From assembly GCA_028534125.1 (NCBI GenBank), contig CM052832.1, positions 15,130,001 to 15,194,000 on the forward strand: DNA of 64,000 bases, given 5' to 3'. Both the position numbers and the translations under genes were made by a program. This document shows, one piece after another, positions 57,716-64,000 of this stretch. The notes below the pieces were generated by a model that did no database searches, had not been told where the DNA came from, and was given only the letters and a program-made list of their open reading frames with translations. How positions within the stretch are numbered: the stretch's first letter is position 1; every line of letters starts with the position of its first letter. This DNA comes from Lama glama (Eukaryota).

Positions 57716-58120
57716 TGTGGCGGAGACTGCTCCTGTCCATCATCGTCCCCTGTTTCCTCTCTGGGCACCTATCTTGACCACATCTCCTGGCCTCCCTTGC
57801 AGCCACGTGTCCATGTAACCCCATCTCACTGATGTGAACTGAAAGATGTGATGTGTGCTTCCAGCCAGGGCTCTCAGGGGAGCAGCCGTGTTCCCACCAT
57901 ACTGCTTCCCCTTTGCCAGTGGGACCCAGCTGGGACCATCAAGACAATGGCAGAGCCCCCCGGGGCAGGGGGAGCAACAAGAGGGAAAGAGCCTGGGCCC
58001 TTGGAGCCACCGCACAACAGGGACTCACCTCACCTGTTGGCGAGTGAGAAATAAACTGCTATTGAGTTGGAGCCATTGTGTTTGGGTCTGTTAGGGCAGG
58101 TTCAGCCCATCTAGACTAAG
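57716..58120 (+). mobile_element. ERVL-class LTR (LTR16-like)
   Basis: tgtggcggagactgct...cctcccttgcagc...ccatgtaac...gtgatgtgtgcttcc...gagtgagaaataaact. Confidence 0.65.
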
Positions 58121-59702
58121 GCAGTGAGGCAATGATTATGCCCCACGTGATGATCACCATTCTAGACGTGGGGAAACTGAGGCATGGAGCATAAGGGTGC
58201 CAGGCCAGGGTCACATAGCTAGTATGCAGAGTGGGGTTGAACCCAGGCTCTGATGAAGGTGGAAGCAAAGAGAGGGGCAGTCGGGACGTGGGGGCTGGCA
58301 GCTGAGCGCGTTAGAGTGGGTGTCTGGGAGAAGGCAGAGGTCAGAATCAGAACCGGAAGTCGGATCTGAGCTCTGGGTTACACCCACAGGGAGGAGCAGG
58401 AGGAAAACGTGGAGTCTGAGAAGAGGGTGCAGGAATAATTGGTGAGCGGACAGGGAGGCTGGTTGGGGAAGAGAGATGTAGGGTGCGTGGGCTACAGAGA
58501 GAGGATGGTGTGGAGCCCAGGAGGGTGCAACAGTTGGGACCAGGGAGTCAACACAGATCTGAATGTCACTTACTGAACTTGCGCATTGAGGGCTCCAAGA
58601 AACCTTGGCATCGTCTGGCCCACCCCCTACTGAGGAGGAAGCAGGCGGGAGGGGTTAAGAGGCTTACTCAGAATCCCAGTGTAGATTTTTGTTCCAACCA
58701 CAGAAGATGGCTTGTGTGGCTCAAGCTTAGCTCCATACTCACATCTGGAGCCCGGGAAACCCAGGGCACCCCCGCCAGCCCCTGGCTCATCCTGGCATCA
58801 CCGTGCTATTATTTTAACTATCACGCTCACAGAGAAATACTGCCAGCGTGTTAAAGACTGTGTTAATTAATTAAGCGGGCACTTCATTGCGAGTCAATGG
58901 CGTAATTGTTGTTCGTGCTGGATAAATACTAATTGAATATTAAGAACGTGTTTGTGCAGAAGGAGCTGCTTCCGGATGAGCCGTGCCCTTTGTCAGCCAG
59001 ATGTTTGGACTCGTTACGGAGGCTGAGTCATTAGCCAGGAGCGCCCTGGCATTTGGGCTCTGCTGTTCCGTGTCCGCAAAAGGCAGGCAGGCAGGCAGCC
59101 CGTGCAGGACGGGCTCTCCCGGGCAGTAAATCTGGGGGATCTTTAGACAGACCTGGAAAATGATGGTGGTGTGAAGCAGACGACAAACACATTTTAACTG
59201 AGGCAATTGTAGGTGTGATTTTAGGCACTGGAGAATACCTCCTTCCCTTTAAAATCCTTCAGATGGTTTAATCCTGACTAGTGAAGCAGGCAGAGGGGGG
59301 CCTGTGAACTCCATTTTACAGGTGGGGAAACTAAGGCTCTGCTTCAGGATCACAGATCCACAGAATCGCAGTCTCTGTGCTTCCAGCTACAGCCACATCC
59401 CCCTGGGGCAGGCAGCTCAGCGCAGGCTCCCAGACTCCTGGTCAGCCGAGGGGAGATCCCTGAGTCTCAGGACTGACTGGCCCCTAGCAGTCAGCCCTCT
59501 GCAGATTGCCAGCTCTTATAACTGACTCAGCCCTGTCGAGGCTTATGAGACAGTAGAGTAAGGAGTGGAGGCTCTGAGGCCAGAATTCTGGGATTTGGAG
59601 TTCGGCTCTGAATCTTGGGCAAATCTTGGGCAAATTTCGTAAGCTCTCTGTGTCTCACTTTCCAAATGATAAAATAGAGATTATAATAAGCCTGACCTCA
59701 TA

Positions 59703-59878
59703 AGCCGTGGGTGGCCCATACTGTGCCCTTACATAAATTAAGAAAAGCCTCCCTCTTCCCTCCAAGGGACACAGGTGTATGCCAGGTTTGCTTCTTGGTG
59801 GGAAGAACACAGGCTGCCCTCATGGCGAGGTGCCCTTGTTTAGTGAACAGTCTTCCTGACTGAGCATGGCAGCCCTTC
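59703..59878 (-). mobile_element. MER91A-like hAT-Tip100 relic
   Basis: gcccatactgtgcccttacataaattaagaaaagcc...tgcccttgt...catggcagccct resembles the reverse complement of MER91A. Confidence 0.5.
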
Positions 59879-62800
59879 CTGCAGGATTGTTGGGAGAGTA
59901 AACAAGACATCACACAGTAAGCACCTAATGCACGTTAAAACCTTCCAGTTTTCTGACCCCACCTCCTCAAGAGCCGGGCATGACTTTGCTGCCACCCACG
60001 GTTGCTGCTGGCAGCCTCCTTCATAAAGGCTGATAAGAGGATGTTGACATGTGGACCAAGAACATGAGAGAAGACAGCTCCTGTCACAGCACCAAAGGCA
60101 GCAGAGGCTGTGCAGGGCCTGATAACAAAGCGTCTCTTGGAAGCCCTGGCCCCGAGGCCCTCGGAGCAGCTGCAGGAGGACCCCTCCCGCCATCCCAGTT
60201 CCAGCCTCTTCCGCTGGTCTTGGGGACAGCGCCCGCTCACAGTTGTGCGAAGCTCCTACTCTGGGCTCCCCCAGAGGCAGGCCCAGAGACGAGGATTCTA
60301 ATCCAGTCACGCTCCAGTTTAACTAGGAAGTGATCCCAGTTTAATTGGGAGTAGGGTGCGGAAGAGGACAGGGAGGGAAGGCTGTGCTTTGGGCAATAGG
60401 ATATCAAACCCTCTGGGGACCTTTGGGAGAGGCCAGAGTAGCCCCAGGGTTGGGCTTCTCCAGGGCTGCTCTTGGAGCCCGGTGGGTGGAAGTAGGGAGA
60501 GCAACTGACTCCAGTCATCACTCCTGGGAGGGCCTCTTCCTGCCGAAGAATTGGACGTAGAGGCCCCAGGGCCTCAGTCCCAAGCACAGTCTTTGCCACG
60601 TGCCAGCCACTGTGGTATTATGTCAAGTCGCGTGATGCATTCCCTCAGGTGGGGTGAGGCTCAGAGAGGTGAAGTGCCTTTCCCTCCATCACAGAGCTAG
60701 TCAGGCACTGTTGGAAGCCCTCAGGCACAAAGAAGTCTACCGGGAGCAGACTGTCCCTGCTTATCCCACAGCCTTCCAACGCCCTCCTCTGAAGACGTTT
60801 GAGTTCACCTCCCCAGGGCGAGGACGGGCTCCCCTAACTGCGGTGCGGGCTTTGCCCTCCGCACCATCAGCCCCATGGCTGCGGGACGGAGGCGCTGGCC
60901 TTCAGCAGCTGCCCAGTTCGTCTCCCATTGCAATGCCCTCCTGTCCCACCCTCAGCCCCGCCTGCTGCATCCCAAGGCCAGGGTCTGGGAGAGCCCCTAG
61001 CAGCTCCCATCAATCCCCAGGGCCTTTCCAGGCCAGATCAAGCTCTTCAGACAGAATCCCACAGGCATCACCAGCTGGCTGTCAGGACCTCCTTCATAGG
61101 AGGGAAACTCCAGTCTGAGGAGGGAGGCACAGCCCCAGGCTCAGGGGCAGCTCTGTCTCTTCTGCCTTCTTGGCAGGGTAGCAGGGTTTGAAGAAACCCG
61201 CAAGGGTGCTCAGAAACACCAGACAGAAGTGCAGAACTTGGGGTGGGGTGCTGGTGTGCTGGGGTGGGTGTGGGGGGAAAGCTTTGTACTCTCTCCTCCT
61301 GGAGGGGACGCAGCCAGGTCCTGGGGCCCCAGGCAGGGCCACCCTGAGGATGGTGAGGCCAGTGTGGCAAGAACCAGGGGCCTTCTGTGTCTGTCACCGA
61401 AATCTTGGTCATTGCTTGTTCTTGGACCCGTCTCACGAAGAGGTGGGATCTAAAGGAGGTTCCCATCGCCTCATGGTCCCCCAGGGTGGCCTCCAGGGCG
61501 AGGAAGGCACCCGGCTCAGTGAAATCAGCTGATGGATTTGGGGGTAATGTCAAGGAAGGGTCCCTTGGTAGGTACTTCAGGGGGGCTCAAGCTGTGGCCT
61601 GACCCCCGGGTTGTGCATCTTTGACAGAGATGCACACAGAACATGCTTGAGAGAGGCCAAAACTGCCCAAGGCATTGGCCCCCAAGGCAAATTGGGCTAG
61701 GCCCCTGGCACTGCTGCCCCCCGCATCTCAGCCCCTGTGGTAGCCCCACCACCCCACGCCATCAAAGCTGTCCTCGGAAGCCAATGACATCAGAAGTGCC
61801 CCAGGAAGCCACCCGCCCCCAGGGTGACAGACGGGACTATTTATACGGAGGAAACGCAGCCCTGTCACCCTCCAGCTCCAAGTTGCCTTCTGCTTCCCTT
61901 GCTTCCCCCGCTCCTGCGCCGGGGCTGCTGCTGCCTATATTAGGAGCTTGGCAGATGGAAGGAGCAGGGACCCTCCCCCACGCCCCAGGCTCTCCGCTTG
62001 TGCCGGCACAGGGACCTGAAGCAGCGAGGACCTGGCCCACCTTTCCTGGGCTGTCCGCACCTACCTTGGCCCTAGAGGGTAAGGACTGGGTGTCAGTCTG
62101 ATTCTGGGAGAACAAACCAGAGGGACCTACAGAGAGGGGGTACAGAGAGGGTGAGATAACAGCTGGAGGACGAGGCACAAGGAAGGAGTGCAGGAAACAA
62201 AGTGTTGAGACGGTGATGAGGGACCAAGGAGCGGGGAGGAGAGGTAGGATCTGAAGGGAAGGTGTAGAGCAGAAGAAAGAAGAGTCAGGGGTCTGAGGGG
62301 CCCCTGGCCTCTACAGTGTGTGTGCAAATTAGGAAAAGGCGCCCTCTGCGGGTGGATGAATTGGGAAAAGGTGTAAATCTAGCGTCTGTGTGTGAAGAAA
62401 AAGATACACTTCTTCCCAGAGGACTGGGCCCCAGGCCAAGTCACCCAGCTTGCGGAGCAAGGCATGGGCCTAACTGTTGCCCCCTCATTACCTGCCCAGC
62501 TGTACCTGGCAGCCTGGCAGCCTGGCAGCCCATTCCTGAGCCCCTGGCGAGAGAAGAGGCTGAGAGAGGCAGGCCTGCCCCCAGGCCTGATCTCCGACCT
62601 GGGGGCTGCTTTTGGTACACTCCAGTGCTCTGGCCCCAGCAGCTGGATTCTGACCGTGCAAGAGGCAATCCGTTTAATCATGTTGGCACGCAGACAAACA
62701 GTTCTTACCACCTTCCAACTGAGGGCTCCAGGCTCACCAGGGAGCCCAGGCTCATTAGGAAAGCACCCAGCATGTTACCCCAGCCAGGCAGAGCCAGCAG

Positions 62801-63321
62801 GAAACCACCCGTGGCAAGTTCCAGCCTGGTTGCCTATAGGGGTGACAGTCCAGACCTCCAGCCCCCACTTCTGGCATCAGTGACTGCTTCCCTCTCCCAG
62901 AAGCCCAGAGGCAGGACCAGCATCCTGCTCAGCATCCCAAGCCCACCTGGGGCTCAACCTCTGTCCCCCTTTCTTTGTACACCAGCCAGTGGGGCCTCTC
63001 ACCATCCTGGGTGACTGGGGTCCTGTAGCTTTGATTCCTGACTGTGTTCTGTGGCTTTGGCACTTGGGAGGTGTCAGAGACTGAAGTGCAATTTGCATTT
63101 TAATAAAGAAAGTTGTGTTTCAGTCATTTGCATTTAAATAAGGTGATGCTTCCTCCCTCCCTTTTCTTCCCCTGCTGGTGGTGGCACCTTTGGGAGAAGA
63201 AGGTGCCTCAGGCCTCTGGTTCCCCGCACACCCTCCCCAGCCAGCTTCAGGGGGGATGATGGGAACAGGGGGGATCCTCAACATCCCTTCTCTGTTACTC
63301 ATGCCCTCTCTGCAGAGCTTT

Positions 63322-63510
63322 CCGACACACATGCGCATGCGTGCATACACACGCCTGTACAAGGCATGTGCACCCACATACCTTGTGCCACTGAACACAT
63401 GCATGAACACAAGTGTCCATACACACACCACGCGCACATGCAAATGCATGCACGCTGGTCCATGTGTGAAGACATGCACACATATACACACATGTATAAG
63501 CACGCACGAA
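63322..63510 (+). repeat. Degenerate alternating purine-pyrimidine (CA/CG/TG) tract
   Basis: acacacatgcgcatgcgtgcatacacacgc...cacatgcatg...acacatatacacacatgt. Confidence 0.75.
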
Positions 63511-64000
63511 CACCTAGCCACCAAAAGTGACAAGATGCCCTCATGCCTTGTGGCTCTAATCCCAGCTACCCAACCCTGGAAAGCCAGCCCTCAGAAACTT
63601 ATACCAGTACAGCAACACCCACAAACCCACCACATCTGATTGTCCCTGGGTCCTAACTCTGGACCTTATAAGTCAGGAGAGGCTAAGATGCCTGGAGGCC
63701 AAGTCTAGCAGGGGAGGGATGGCCAGTGGTGGGGCTCATGGGCCAGCATCACCCCAGGGTCCCTAGGAGCTACCTCCTCACCCTAGCTTTGCCACAAGCA
63801 CCTTTAGCTCCTGAGGGTGCAGATGCGCTGGCAGCTTCCTTCTTCCTTTGGCTTCCCGCGTGCCTCCCAAGCGGCTGCCAGCCGGCTTTTCCTGGCTGAA
63901 TCTCTGTCTTGTGAAGCAGCTACAGTTTCTTCAAGACACACATCCTCTTTCCTCTTCATGTGAGCCCTCCTCTTGTCCCCGCCTCCTGGCAGTGTTCTGG

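Noticed and set aside
1..64000. CRISPR arrays, operons or prokaryotic defence systems
   Set aside because: Sequence is clearly mammalian (spliceosomal introns, MIR/L1/L2); no regularly spaced repeat-spacer array seen.

Overview
Mammalian genomic DNA, most likely a camelid: it carries two Vic-1-type tRNA-derived SINEs and I recognised no Alu, Bov-A, PRE-1, Can-SINE or ERE elements. The first ~17-19 kb hold the 3' part of GRM4 (metabotropic glutamate receptor 4) on the + strand. Four coding exons lie at 79-215, 3162-4097, 9302-9548 and 15675-15724, all with GT-AG junctions and consistent phases, ending ...YVTYTNHAI*. The 3' UTR has a proximal ATTAAA/AATAAA at 16615-16625 and a candidate distal ATTAAA at 19217. 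The remaining ~45 kb has no supportable protein-coding gene. It is a mix of MIR, L2, L1, LTR and hAT/TcMar DNA-transposon relics with several non-repetitive, motif-dense islands (candidate enhancers) and one small CpG-rich island. I found no convincing new biological system. The best leads are a possible frameshifting poison exon behind a ~400-nt CU tract in GRM4, tandem 3' UTR polyadenylation, a palindromic POU-site island, an orphan CpG/CTCF island, a MER53 hairpin related to miR-1302, and a three-layer nested transposon. Repeat family names come from recalled consensus sequences, and their boundaries are approximate.
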